Positions 40,250 to 50,736 of a DNA stretch of 64,000 nucleotides are shown one piece after another. Both the position numbers and the translations under genes were made by a program. This DNA comes from an uncultured delta proteobacterium (GTDB lineage: Bacteria; Desulfobacterota; Syntrophobacteria; BM002). Each line of letters opens with the position of its first letter. The stretch's first letter is position 1. The notes beneath the pieces are model-generated. The model did not search any database. It was not told the origin of the DNA and was given only the letters and a program-made list of their open reading frames with translations. The stretch is from positions 1 to 64,000 of the forward strand of contig CAVQGX010000012.1 of the NCBI GenBank assembly GCA_963712115.1. Reading direction: 5' to 3'.

Positions 40250-41593
40250 TTAGAAAGGGACTCTAAGGATACCTTTGAGGGCAGAGCCAGCACCTGGGAG
40301 CTTTCTGGAGAATTTTCCGGAAAAGCCCTTACTGCCTCCGGGGAGGCCACCAGAAAAATTTCGCCCGCCTGTAGAAGGTTGGCTGGAAGACCTCCCTTCG
40401 CTTATCCCAGGAGCTCTGAAGACCCTTGTGGAGTCTCTACGGGCTCTCTGAACTTCCTGACCAGGAGAAGTCTTAGCCCTTACCCCGGTACGACCATTAA
40501 AAGTCGGTAGCTGTCGAGCTGTTTCAGAGGAATCTCTCCCGCGCGAAGTAGGAGGGCCTAGGGATCTCCCTTGGTTTTTCCCGAGAGCGGTAAAAGGGTT
40601 TGCAGAGTCTCTGTGAGCTCTTTGAATGTTCTGTCGAGGAGAAGTCTTAGCCCTTACTGAAGTACGACCATTGAAAGGTGGCATCTGTCGAGCAGTTTCA
40701 GTTCTGGAAATTCCCGCAGAGCCGATGGGCGACTTTAAAACGGCCGAATTTCTATCTCCTGGTCCTGCCGAAAACCTCATCCGGTCATGGCTGCGTTGTA
40801 AGATGGACCGAGCTCCTTTTCGAGCCTCAGCTGTAAAAACCGGTCTTCCATTAGTCCTCCTCGCCACCGCTCTCAATGACCTTCCCCCTCGTCGTTTTAC
40901 AGGATCAACCCTAAAAAACCTGCGATGACCACGGTGAAAGAAGTGATTGCTGACAACGACTACCCGCTTGTGAATAATGGACACTTTATGGAAGTCATGG
41001 AGGATGAAGAATCCAGAGAAGAAAAACCTAGAGCACCAGAAAGGATAAGGAACCCAGGCATAGAGGTAGAGGTAATCTGGGGGCGGAGGATAGTAAGTAA
41101 CCACCGGTGGGCCTTCCCTGTAGTAATAATTGTTAATCACCGTCGGTTGGGTGTACTGAGGAGTTGCCGGCGGTGGAGCTTCGGCGTACCCTCCAGACGT
41201 ACGGGCCACCACAGATAAACCAAGGTCGGCTGCAACGCTTGCTAATGCCTCCAAAGCTTCATTCTTGTCCATGGACAGTCTGTTCGAATCAGCTGCGGCA
41301 GCCACAGCATCCTCTAACTCCCCGAGAATGTCCGGTGTCACCGGATAATCGGAGATCCAGCCGTTTTTCGGGGCGATTCCGGCTGAGGCCAGCATGGTTT
41401 CTGCTTCTGTCTCATTTTCAGCTGTGCCTATCTCAAGACCGCTAACCAGCCTAACGGCAAAATCGCCTTCACGGACAAGATCAGGTGCCACTGGGGGAGG
41501 GGTATTGGTTGTCTGCCTTGCTTGCGGGTAAGCTGCGGGCGACGACATGAGGAATAAAGCAAGTGCCATCGCTATAGCTGATAATTTCTTCAT
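40250..41593 (-). CDS. secreted protein with Tyr/Pro-rich core and basic repetitive disordered tail
   Basis: Signal peptide; PPVVTYYPPPPDYLYLY; two 58-aa repeats starting ETARQ. Confidence 0.75.
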   Translation of the reverse strand: MKKLSAIAMALALFLMSSPAAYPQARQTTNTPPPVAPDLVREGDFAVRLVSGLEIGTAENETEAETMLASAGIAPKNGWISDYPVTPDILGELEDAVAAAADSNRLSMDKNEALEALASVAADLGLSVVARTSGGYAEAPPPATPQYTQPTVINNYYYREGPPVVTYYPPPPDYLYLYAWVPYPFWCSRFFFSGFFILHDFHKVSIIHKRVVVVSNHFFHRGHRRFFRVDPVKRRGGRSLRAVARRTNGRPVFTAEARKGARSILQRSHDRMRFSAGPGDRNSAVLKSPIGSAGISRTETARQMPPFNGRTSVRAKTSPRQNIQRAHRDSANPFTALGKNQGRSLGPPTSRGRDSSETARQLPTFNGRTGVRAKTSPGQEVQRARRDSTRVFRAPGISEGRSSSQPSTGGRNFSGGLPGGSKGFSGKFSRKLPGAGSALKGILRVPF

Positions 41594-41663
41594 TTTTTTC
41601 CCTCCCTTCCAAAATTCAAATGGGCCGTACTCCAACAGCGGTTTAAGAGAGGAGACCCAATGA

Positions 41664-42071
41664 TTATTTGCGGAAGCGTTTTGGGTCTCTCTCTCCTCTG
41701 CGCCTGTGAAACTTCTCTCTTAAACCATCCAGTTTTTTCTTTTGATCTTCGTTAAGTTCCTCTCTAATCTGGGCGAAACCTTGATCCATTATTGCCTTAA
41801 TTTCTGGACGGTTTTTAAGATAATACTCGCGTCGTTTTTCAAGCATTTGTTCAACGATCGGATCTATTTTGGTCTTTTGATCCGAGGTCAAATTTAACTC
41901 TTTTGAAAGATTTTTCATAATGAAAGTCTTCCTGGCTCTGGGCTCCTTTATTAGCGGGGCAAGCCTATGCTTTAAGTAGAATCCTGTGCCCAGTGAACCA
42001 GCCAGAATCCCAAGGACAAACACCAGTAATAAGCCCGAAATTAGCTTCCATCTAATAACTTTTGCACTCAT
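41664..42071 (-). CDS. periplasmic helical (Spy/heavy-metal-sensor-like) accessory protein
   Basis: N-terminal TM (VFVLGILAG); ELNLTSDQK, LNEDQKKK motifs. Confidence 0.75.
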   Translation of the reverse strand: MSAKVIRWKLISGLLLVFVLGILAGSLGTGFYLKHRLAPLIKEPRARKTFIMKNLSKELNLTSDQKTKIDPIVEQMLEKRREYYLKNRPEIKAIMDQGFAQIREELNEDQKKKLDGLREKFHRRRGERDPKRFRK

Positions 42072-42080
42072 TGTTTCACC

Positions 42081-42404
42081 CTAGAGTCCAAAGAACTGGT
42101 TAAGAGTAATTTCCTCTGTACTGTTCACAAGTAACTGAATAACGTCGTCGGCCGAAATGAAATCGAAGGAAGACAATAGCAAGGTCAACCCAAGTATCAA
42201 TAGACAGGTAACCGGGGCAAGCCGCCATACAAGTTGCTCGAACATCACAAGAGAGCTTGGTCTCGCCTCGATTTCACCGAGCTCGCGAATGCGACGCATG
42301 ACCTCTTCCTGCCACTGGTCGCCTACTTCGACGTTTTCCCTCTCCTGATAGGCTCGCCGAAGTATTGCTCTCAGCGCTTCATGTTCATGTTTGTTTGGAC
42401 TCAT
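42081..42404 (-). CDS. putative membrane anti-sigma factor
   Basis: EEVMRRI motif then single TM; directly after ECF sigma. Confidence 0.7.
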   Translation of the reverse strand: MSPNKHEHEALRAILRRAYQERENVEVGDQWQEEVMRRIRELGEIEARPSSLVMFEQLVWRLAPVTCLLILGLTLLLSSFDFISADDVIQLLVNSTEEITLNQFFGL

Positions 42405-42422
42405 CCTTCACTCCCTCCGCCC

Positions 42423-43007
42423 TTAAGACATTTCCTTTATTAGCTTATGAAGTTTTTTGCGTGCGCGAAATGACCTCACCTTCACGTTGACAGTGCTCCA
42501 GCCTAAAAGATTGGCGGCCTCCTTTATCGAATAACCTTCCAGGTAGACCAGCTCCAGCACCATCCTGTCCTCAGGAGATAACTTGTCCAAAGCCCAATCC
42601 AATATTTCTCTTGCTTCTTTTTGTGAATCTCTCTCGTAAAAAGATTGACTTGAGCTGTTGGATGTGGCCTCTTCGAGCCAAACCTGATGTTTCTCAGAGA
42701 GAGAACTCAGTGGTATCTCGCGATATCTATAATGCTTTCTCCAGAAGTCATAACAAGTTCTTATAGTTATGGTTGACAGCCACTGTTTAAAGCCATCATC
42801 TCCCTTAAATGTCGGTAAAGATTGATAGGTCCTGACAAACACGTCCTGCGCGACCTCTTCTACCTTATCAAATGGAATATGCTTTCTAACTATTCTCACA
42901 ACATGAGCCTGATATCTCTTCAATAGGCGTTCAAAGGCGTTCACGTCGCCTGAGACAACCTGATTAACTATTTCAGTATCAGCAGAACTGTGAGAATCAG
43001 TATCCAT
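42423..43007 (-). CDS. ECF sigma-70 factor
   Basis: GDVNAFERL, EEVAQDVF, FKQWL, GYSIKEAA...VKVRSFRAR. Confidence 0.92.
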   Translation of the reverse strand: MDTDSHSSADTEIVNQVVSGDVNAFERLLKRYQAHVVRIVRKHIPFDKVEEVAQDVFVRTYQSLPTFKGDDGFKQWLSTITIRTCYDFWRKHYRYREIPLSSLSEKHQVWLEEATSNSSSQSFYERDSQKEAREILDWALDKLSPEDRMVLELVYLEGYSIKEAANLLGWSTVNVKVRSFRARKKLHKLIKEMS

Positions 43008-43120
43008 TAGACCTATCAGCGGGATTTTAGTTTTTAGAGAATCTCACTCAGCGACCGAACACTATTGGTCACAGAGGTGAGGAAACTACATCTGTTTCCT
43101 CACCTCTGCCCGGACGAATT

Positions 43121-43606
43121 CTAGTTACTGGTATCTTCTGGCACTGGACCGCTCCGAGCTTTCAGCCTTTCGATTCTATGGGCTTTACCTTCTTGTAATA
43201 ATTGCAGTTGTTCGGGAGTGAGCACTGTTTTCAATTCGGCCATCATTTTCACTCTCATAACCAAGAGTTCTTCTCTGATTGGTGCCGCCCGGCGAAGAGC
43301 ATTTCTGATTGCATCTTCATCAGGGTGTTCGGTCTCCAAAACTCTGGCGAGGTCTCTTCTTGCCTCTCTAAGGCTCTCTTTAAGGCTTTCCCTTTCATTC
43401 TCATATTTTTCTGTGATGCTCAATATCTTAGATTGCTGAGAATCCGAGAGGTCAAGTTGAATCATGGTTTGCAGGCCATGAAATCCGGGCCCCATGATGC
43501 CGGGAGGCCTATGATGCCGCCCAAAACGGCCGGCTTCCACCGCAACAGCACCTGCAAAAAAAATTGTTAAGAACAGTACGCCGACCAAAGCTTTGTTGAA
43601 TTTCAT
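43121..43606 (-). CDS. Spy/CpxP-family periplasmic chaperone
   Basis: Signal peptide; LDLSDSQ and VLTPEQ (LTxxQ) motifs. Confidence 0.85.
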   Translation of the reverse strand: MKFNKALVGVLFLTIFFAGAVAVEAGRFGRHHRPPGIMGPGFHGLQTMIQLDLSDSQQSKILSITEKYENERESLKESLREARRDLARVLETEHPDEDAIRNALRRAAPIREELLVMRVKMMAELKTVLTPEQLQLLQEGKAHRIERLKARSGPVPEDTSN

Positions 43607-43670
43607 TTTGCCCTCCTGCCATTGCAAGATTAATTATAGGTCATCTGACGAATTACGCCTTTACTTATTA

Positions 43671-43698
43671 TTATCGCTGGGCCTGGCGAAAAGGTTAC
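43671..43698 (-). promoter_or_regulatory. ECF-type promoter of the spy-sigma operon
   Basis: Minus strand GTAACC-N16-CGATAA. Confidence 0.5.
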
Positions 43699-44132
43699 AA
43701 ACTTGGAGAAATTTTGGATTGCGGAAAGGCACAAGGCTCAGGGCGCAAGGCTATTTATGTCACTTGGCTGCGCCGTCATATGCCTTCGGCGTCACTGCGC
43801 TGCGCTGTCATTTGTTGTAATAGGAAGGAGCCTTCAAATCGCATGCGGAGCTTTGGCTCCGTTTTCTTATTGTTCATCAAGGTGAATAAGAAAAATACCT
43901 AGGTAGTTTTTCTCGAGAAAATACTGCCTTTACCTTATTGCATAAGCTGCCCGGTTGTCCATATCATCTATACAGTGGAACGAATTGTGAATTCACCTCT
44001 TGTCTTGAAACTCTTTACCCCTTTCCTCACCGGGTCAATGGCCCGAGCCGGGGAGGAATTTTTTTGTTTGTCATCCACAAAAATAAAGCCAGCGTTCCTT
44101 CCCCCCATCCCCAGTAAGTAGGAGGGACAATC

Positions 44133-44372
44133 ATGAAGCAAGATGGCTCAATCAGCAGTGACCATGAGATGAAAGACAGAATGATGATTGAGGTATTCAG
44201 GAAGAAGATTCAGGAAAAGAGACTTGATCCTAATCTGTTGAGAGGCTCTTGGGATGAGGCTAGTGAGCTTTTAGTAGCCCATTTTGGTCAACTCAGCAGT
44301 ATAATGGAAATCAACAAGTACAAACTTCTCGCCCTTTATCAGTTCTCAATAATGGAACTGCAAGTCGGCTAG
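44133..44372 (+). CDS. small hypothetical protein
   Basis: AGGAGG RBS; intact ORF. Confidence 0.6.
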   Translation: MKQDGSISSDHEMKDRMMIEVFRKKIQEKRLDPNLLRGSWDEASELLVAHFGQLSSIMEINKYKLLALYQFSIMELQVG

Positions 44373-44719
44373 GCTAGTTTTAACTCCACCCCTTGGTGCT
44401 GAAAAGTGGAGCACTTTTCGGCTCGCAGCCCTTCAACTCCGCTCAGGACAAGCTTACAGCAGGCAGCAAAAAGATAGCCTGTCTGCAGAATTATTGCTGC
44501 TTGCTGCGAGCTGACCGCTGCCTGCTTATAAGAACGGCCAAACTGGCATAACCGGCTAAACAGATTGACACCTCTGAGTATCTTGTGCCAGGGTAAATTT
44601 TAAACAAGTTTAAATGTAGAGGTTTTATGTGAGGGTTCCCAAAGGCTGGGAAGGACTTCACATAACTTAGACATTTCTAAAGCAATACATACCTGCGGGT
44701 TTGTTGAGAGGAAATAATT

Positions 44720-45271
44720 ATGAAGTTATTGCGAGACTATTTTCTCAGAGGTCTTCTCATCTTTGTGCCTGGGGCGCTGACGATTTTTGCCGTTGTTTGG
44801 GCCTTTACCATGTTGGATGGCCTTTTTAGAAATCTACTTGGGGTAAAGATACCTGGGGTAGGTGTGGTCATAACTATATCCCTTATTACGGGTATAGGTT
44901 TCTTGGCATCAAATATATTAGGAAAAAAGATCTTCGACTGGTTTGAAAGCATTTTTACCAAGGTGCCTTTGATGAAGCTGCTCTATTCTGCCAGCAAAGA
45001 TATGATCGGGGCATTTGCCGGAGAAAAGAAAAGTTTTGACAAACCGGTACTCGTCGAGCTTGTCATGGGCGGGCCCATGGCAATGGGTTTTATGACGAAG
45101 GAGAGTCTTGGGTTTCTAGGGCTTACTGATTGTGTCGCGGTTTATTTGCCTCAGTCTTATAACTTTGCCGGAGCGGTTCTCATATTCCCTGCAAAACAAG
45201 TCAAACCGCTGGAAATAGGAAGTTCAGATGCGATGGCGTTCATCGTTTCAGGCGGGGTGTCAGGCAAATAG
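44720..45271 (+). CDS. DUF502 membrane protein
   Basis: YFLRGLL, KVPLMKLLY, VAVYLPQSYNFAG, FIVSGG. Confidence 0.85.
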   Translation: MKLLRDYFLRGLLIFVPGALTIFAVVWAFTMLDGLFRNLLGVKIPGVGVVITISLITGIGFLASNILGKKIFDWFESIFTKVPLMKLLYSASKDMIGAFAGEKKSFDKPVLVELVMGGPMAMGFMTKESLGFLGLTDCVAVYLPQSYNFAGAVLIFPAKQVKPLEIGSSDAMAFIVSGGVSGK

Positions 45272-45340
45272 GTGATTGAGTGGAAGAGTTAAAAAATTGG
45301 GTCCGACCGCAGGAAATAACAAGTAGCGAATCACCCATTA

Positions 45341-47560
45341 TCACTCAACTGACTCAAATTTCGGTTTGAAAATCATTGTAGAAAGTGGCGGAATTTTCAA
45401 CTTGAGCGAATACGGTTGATTATGCCAGGCAATTTTATCGCTCCACAAGCCGCCATAATTGCCTTTATTGCTGCCCCAATAAATTTCAGAATCGCTATTT
45501 AAAAGCTCTTCATATTCGCAGTGAAAAGGCACTCCCACGCGATAGTCCTCGCGGTACACCGGCGTGAAATTACAGAGGAAGACCAACACGTCTTTGTAAT
45601 CGCTCGCTCTGCGCATGAAGGTAATGATGCTGTTATCAGAATCCATGAAATCTATCCACTCAAAGCCAGTGTAATCGAAATCAACTTCGTATAAGGCTGG
45701 TTCGTTTCTATACAATCTATTCAAGTCTGCTAAGAAACGCTGCAGCTTTTGATGTGGTTCGTATTGCAGCAAATGCCAATCCAAACTGTGGGCCTCTTCC
45801 CATTCATCCCACTGGCCAATTTCTGTGCCCATGAACAACAATTTCTTGCCTGGATGACCAAACATGAAACCAAGTAAGGCCCTAAGGTTTGCAAACTTTT
45901 GCCACATATCGCCAGGCATCTTGTTCAATAGAGCACGTTTGCCATGCACCACTTCGTCATGGGAAAGGACCAGCATAAAATTTTCGTGAAATGCGTACAA
46001 CAGGGCAAAGGTAATCATGTTGTGATGGTACTTCCGATGGACCGGGTCTTTGGAAAAATAGGTCAAGAAATCGTTCATCCACCCCATATTCCACTTCAGG
46101 TTAAAACCGAGACCACCAAGATAGGTTGGCCGCGAAACACCCGGCCAGGCTGTGGACTCTTCAGCGACAGAGAGTACGCCAGGGTGGTAACTGAAGATTA
46201 TTTCATTCAGCCGCTTCAGGAAGTCTATGGCTCCTAAATTCTCGCGCCCACCAAATTGGTTGGGAATCCACTCCCCTTCCTTTCTCGAATAATCCAGGTA
46301 AATCATGGAGGCCACTGCGTCCACCCGGATTCCGTCAATGTGGTAGTTTTCGAACCAAAACAGAGCGTTGGCGATGAGGAAGTTGCGCACTTCGTTGCGC
46401 TCGAAATTATAGACCATTGTACCCCAGTCTTGATGTGCTCCCTTACGTGGATCAGCGTGCTCGTAAAGGTGCGTGCCATCGAAATATGCCAATCCGTGGG
46501 CATCACGGGGAAAATGTGCCGGCACCCAATCGACGATGACACCGATATCGTTCTGGTGAAAGTAATCGACAAAGTACTGAAAATCCTCCGGCGTCCCAAA
46601 ACGCGACGTGGGAGCAAAGTAGCCCAAAACTTGATAGCCCCACGAAGCATCAAATGGGTGCTCTGCCACAGGTAAAAGTTGAATATGGGTGTAGCCCATC
46701 TTTTTCACATGTGCCACCAGTTGATGGGCCAGTTCGCGGTAGGTTAGGAAGCGATTGCCCTCTGCTGGCACCCGCATCCACGAACCGAGATGCACTTCAT
46801 AGACTGAGATTGGCTGTCTTAAAGGGTCCGTACTCCGACGTCTGTCCATCCATTCCTGATCAGCCCATTGGTGTTTGTTTATGTCAGCGACAATTGAACC
46901 CGTGTTGGGACGAACCTCGAACTGGTAACCATAGGGATCCGACTTTTCAAAGATATTCCCAGATTTATCCTTAACCTCGTATTTGTAAACTTCTCCCACG
47001 CCGATGTCGGGTACAAAAAGTTCCCAAACCCCGGAGGAACCCAGGACTCGCATCTGGTGTTTGCCACCGTGCCAGACATTAAAGTTGCCAATCACACTCA
47101 CATTGCGCGCATTAGGCGCCCAAACTGCAAAATATACCCCTTTTACACCGTTGACCTCCATGGGGTGCGCACCAAGCTTTTCGTAAATCTTATGATGATT
47201 GCCCTGTCCGAAAAGATAAAGGTCCAACTCGCCCATCTGTGGCAAAAAGAAATAAGGATCGTGCACAAAGCGCTCATGACCATTCATGGCCACGATTCGA
47301 TACTGATACATGAAAATTTCTTTATGCCCAGGCAAAACCACTTCGAAAAAATGCTGGTTATGTGTAGACCGCATGGGGTATTCTTCGCCAGTCCCGGGAT
47401 TGAATAGGTATACTTCAGTAGAGTCCGGCACAAAGGCACGGACCACCCAGTTTTTGCTACCATTGACTTCAATTTCATGGGGTCCCAAAATTTGGAATGG
47501 ATCATGATGAAGATTCCGTATGACGGATTCCACTTGTTCTGCGGATATTGTTGGTTTCAT
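45341..47560 (-). CDS. glgB: 1,4-alpha-glucan branching enzyme
   Basis: [52 protein letters not shown]. Confidence 0.97.
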   Translation of the reverse strand: MKPTISAEQVESVIRNLHHDPFQILGPHEIEVNGSKNWVVRAFVPDSTEVYLFNPGTGEEYPMRSTHNQHFFEVVLPGHKEIFMYQYRIVAMNGHERFVHDPYFFLPQMGELDLYLFGQGNHHKIYEKLGAHPMEVNGVKGVYFAVWAPNARNVSVIGNFNVWHGGKHQMRVLGSSGVWELFVPDIGVGEVYKYEVKDKSGNIFEKSDPYGYQFEVRPNTGSIVADINKHQWADQEWMDRRRSTDPLRQPISVYEVHLGSWMRVPAEGNRFLTYRELAHQLVAHVKKMGYTHIQLLPVAEHPFDASWGYQVLGYFAPTSRFGTPEDFQYFVDYFHQNDIGVIVDWVPAHFPRDAHGLAYFDGTHLYEHADPRKGAHQDWGTMVYNFERNEVRNFLIANALFWFENYHIDGIRVDAVASMIYLDYSRKEGEWIPNQFGGRENLGAIDFLKRLNEIIFSYHPGVLSVAEESTAWPGVSRPTYLGGLGFNLKWNMGWMNDFLTYFSKDPVHRKYHHNMITFALLYAFHENFMLVLSHDEVVHGKRALLNKMPGDMWQKFANLRALLGFMFGHPGKKLLFMGTEIGQWDEWEEAHSLDWHLLQYEPHQKLQRFLADLNRLYRNEPALYEVDFDYTGFEWIDFMDSDNSIITFMRRASDYKDVLVFLCNFTPVYREDYRVGVPFHCEYEELLNSDSEIYWGSNKGNYGGLWSDKIAWHNQPYSLKLKIPPLSTMIFKPKFESVE

Positions 47561-47789
47561 ATCTTGACTGTCCTTTTGTTGAAAAACTAAATGCTAGTGG
47601 GAAAATCAAATATTTTACATGAACAAATTGCAAAGACGGGTTAACTAACGCAGTGTTGAGTTACTTTGTTACAAACTATATTATTACTCGATAATAATTG
47701 AAGTCAAGGCAACATGAAAAACTTATCCATACCCATCTCCCATAATCTATTGCCCATAACCCATAACCTATGATCAATTACTTTTTTTC

Positions 47790-48211
47790 CTATTTATCAA
47801 AACCCTTGCACCCTGTATCCTTGCCACGTTTTTTGGACCGCGGATACTGTCTGCAATGGTTGGGTTTCACCTGGTGAATTCTGCATACGTACTTTTCTTA
47901 TTTGGTAGCTTTCTCAACCAGGGACATCTTTCGACCTCCTCTCCGGTGATTGGGCTAGTCCAGGGGTCATATACTGGCGAACCGGCTGTAGGAATAATAT
48001 CGACCCAGGCCAATATGTCATCTCTGCCTAATTTTGTCCAAAGTTCTATGTCCTGGGGATGACCGTAGGTACTATAGGCGTCAAGGAGATTCAGGCAACA
48101 ATTTCCGCATTGTTTACAGACAAAGTCTTTTGGTGGCAAGTCAATTCTCCATAAAGTGGAAGGGTGTTGTTTCTCTGGATTTTTTATAGCATAGAGCTGT
48201 GATAGAGTCAT
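47790..48211 (-). pseudogene. YkgJ-family (CxxCxxCC) cysteine-cluster protein with 1-nt frameshift
   Basis: FVCKQCGNCC...CPWL; shifting frame at the A4 run near 47893 restores YVCRIHQVKPNHCRQYP. Confidence 0.75.
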
Positions 48212-48250
48212 AAAAATAACCTTCTGTATGTTCCTGTGGGGAGGAATGCG

Positions 48251-48754
48251 ATGAATGGAGTGATCGAAGTTATCAAGAAACGAAGGAGTGTCCGCAGATT
48301 TGAGCCCAAGTTGGTGGACAAAGAAGTGATCAAGGAGATTTTGGATTGTGCGCGGCTTGCGCCTACTGCAATAAATATTCAACCTTGGGTCTTCGGTGCG
48401 GTGACCGATAATGATCTAAAACGGCAGATTGCGGATATGACCGACCATGGAAAATTCATCAAAGATTGCGCGGTGTGTTTTGCAGTATTTGCCGACTCCA
48501 GCCAGAAGTATTTTCTGGAAGATGGCTGTGCCGCCACAGAGAACATCTTGTTGGCTTGCACTGCATACGGAATTGGCAGTTGCTGGGTGGCGGGTCACAA
48601 GAAAGCCTATGTGGATTCCATCAGAAAACTTCTGAATGTTCCAGAACCTTATACACTTATTGCCCTAATTGCAGCTGGATATTCAAATGAAAAAGCATCG
48701 CCCAACAAGAAATCTTTCCATGAGGTGACCTTTTTCAACAAATTCAGCGGATGA
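48251..48754 (+). CDS. nitroreductase family protein
   Basis: RRSVRRF, LAPTAINIQPW, GIGSCWV. Confidence 0.92.
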   Translation: MNGVIEVIKKRRSVRRFEPKLVDKEVIKEILDCARLAPTAINIQPWVFGAVTDNDLKRQIADMTDHGKFIKDCAVCFAVFADSSQKYFLEDGCAATENILLACTAYGIGSCWVAGHKKAYVDSIRKLLNVPEPYTLIALIAAGYSNEKASPNKKSFHEVTFFNKFSG

Positions 48755-49204
48755 GAAATATCTGGACGCTAATAAGTTGATTAGATAATTAGTTAATTCG
48801 TTGAAATCGTAGAAACCGTTCAAGTGGTTGAAGTCGTTATTGTCGTGAACGGTAAACGGTGAACAGTAGAAACATCTCTTCTTCGACTGAAGTCGTTAAT
48901 GAAGTCGTTGAAGTCGTCCAGTCTAGAGATCAGAGGTCAGAAGTCGGAGATCAGAGGGATTTTGGGAGTGGCGCCGGAATATAATCAGCTAGTGAAACAA
49001 AAACCCAAGCTAATCGTCTAATGGTATGTAGGGTTAATTCCTAACTAGATGTTCAGAATCCTCCTTGTCTTGACCCTACACATTGCCCTAGCCCCATCGG
49101 CTTCAGGTGCAGACCAAATCTAGCCGATGGGGATTCTTTTTTGTAATTAAGCCCTGCTTTCTGTGGCATGACGGACAATCTCTCAGTAAGCTCGATTCCG
49201 CCTC

Positions 49205-49513
49205 CTACGGGAAAATTATGTGAAGAACCCAAATTAACGCTAACAGCGAAGTAACACCAAAGATCGCTGACTCGACTATGACATAATCTTTAAGGGGTCG
49301 ATAACTGTCCGCAAGACTCCATCTCCAGGCATTCCACCACTTCAGCCCCTGGTGCTCTTCGGCTTGCACGTGATACTCGGGTAGGTCTTTGTTGTTCCTG
49401 TAATAAAGAAGTCCGATAATAAACCACACCCAGCAAACAAACCCCAATATCACCAAGATCCCTAAGGCCAATTCTGCCAGAAAACGGGCGGAATTTTCTA
49501 TCAGGCTCCACAT
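49205..49513 (-). CDS. small two-TM membrane protein
   Basis: AGGAGG RBS; two hydrophobic segments. Confidence 0.6.
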   Translation of the reverse strand: MWSLIENSARFLAELALGILVILGFVCWVWFIIGLLYYRNNKDLPEYHVQAEEHQGLKWWNAWRWSLADSYRPLKDYVIVESAIFGVTSLLALIWVLHIIFP

Positions 49514-50046
49514 GAGGCTTCCTCCTTCTGTCGTAAAAATTCATGTCCCACCTGTCCAAGGATCTCTCGCGGTCAGGGTCGGTGGTGCCGTCTTGTAACA
49601 ATCCGAGAATGTACCTCCAACCCTATCACCGCTGGGAGACTGCTAGAGGTCTTTGGCAGGCACCACACAGAACTCGCTCTTATGCAGGAAATAAGCCAAG
49701 TATGGGGCACAGGGCATAGAGCATGGGGCATAGAGCATAGGGCATAGAGTTGGAGTTTAGAGGAGCGCTACGCTTGAGGTTGGAGGCAGGTCTCTGGGGA
49801 TTGCGGATTGAAGAGAGGCAGAGGGCGGAGAGTAATGAGTCAGGAGTCAGAATTCAGAGGTCAGAAGCCAGGTATAGTAATTTCGAGTTTCGAAATGTTT
49901 AGGCTCCATGCTAAGTTCTAATTGAGCTTTTCTGCTTGCCATTTCCGTCTTGCTTTCGGTAATCTTGTACAAGTTTGATACCCTGCTGAGAATTACGAGA
50001 AAAAATCCTTTCAGAGATAGCTTCTGAATATGGCAGAGTGATAATT

Positions 50047-50271
50047 ATGAGAAAACTCGTGATACTGCTAAATGTGCTTTTGATAGCTTTTGTAATCCAA
50101 ATCCCCAAGGATTCCTCATCACAGTCAACAACGTGTGAGTCACGGTGCAGAAATGCATACGCTGATTGCGTATCTGATTGTCAGAAACTACGTGCGGGGT
50201 GGTCTGCCATAGATTCCTGTGTCAACGAATGCACCCAAAGATGGATTCAGTGCAACCGACAGTGTCAGTAA
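50047..50271 (+). CDS. small secreted Cys-rich protein
   Basis: Signal peptide then two CX3CX6CX3C motifs. Confidence 0.65.
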   Translation: MRKLVILLNVLLIAFVIQIPKDSSSQSTTCESRCRNAYADCVSDCQKLRAGWSAIDSCVNECTQRWIQCNRQCQ

Positions 50272-50736
50272 GAGGGTAAGATCGGAGATCAGAGGACAGA
50301 GCGTCACTAGGCACTAGGCACCGAGTTCGCAAAGCGCATAGCGTTTTGTTGATTGATTGATTAGAGAATTAGAAAATTCTTTAAGGTCGTTGAAATCGTT
50401 GAAGTCGTTCAAATCGCAAGCGGAGCTTTGGCTCCGTTTTTTTTGTGTCCCTATCACACCCTAATTTTCTACTTGGTTGTCCTAGCCCGGCGGCAGGGTT
50501 CAGAAAAAGTCTCCAAGCTCTGAGCAGTTTCTCCAGTGGATTGAGATTTTGAAGGTTACTGTCCTTCAAATTTAGGTTCTGCACAATCCCTCTTGACTGT
50601 TTGCCGGCCACAAGATCTTCCTGGCACGTCCATTGCATTTGTATTCTAGCCCGTATTGTTGAGTGAGAGTCTACTTTAGCAGCAGAAATCACCGTCCTTG
50701 TCTCCGAGGGGGACGGGGGCTTCCAAGGAAGGTCCC

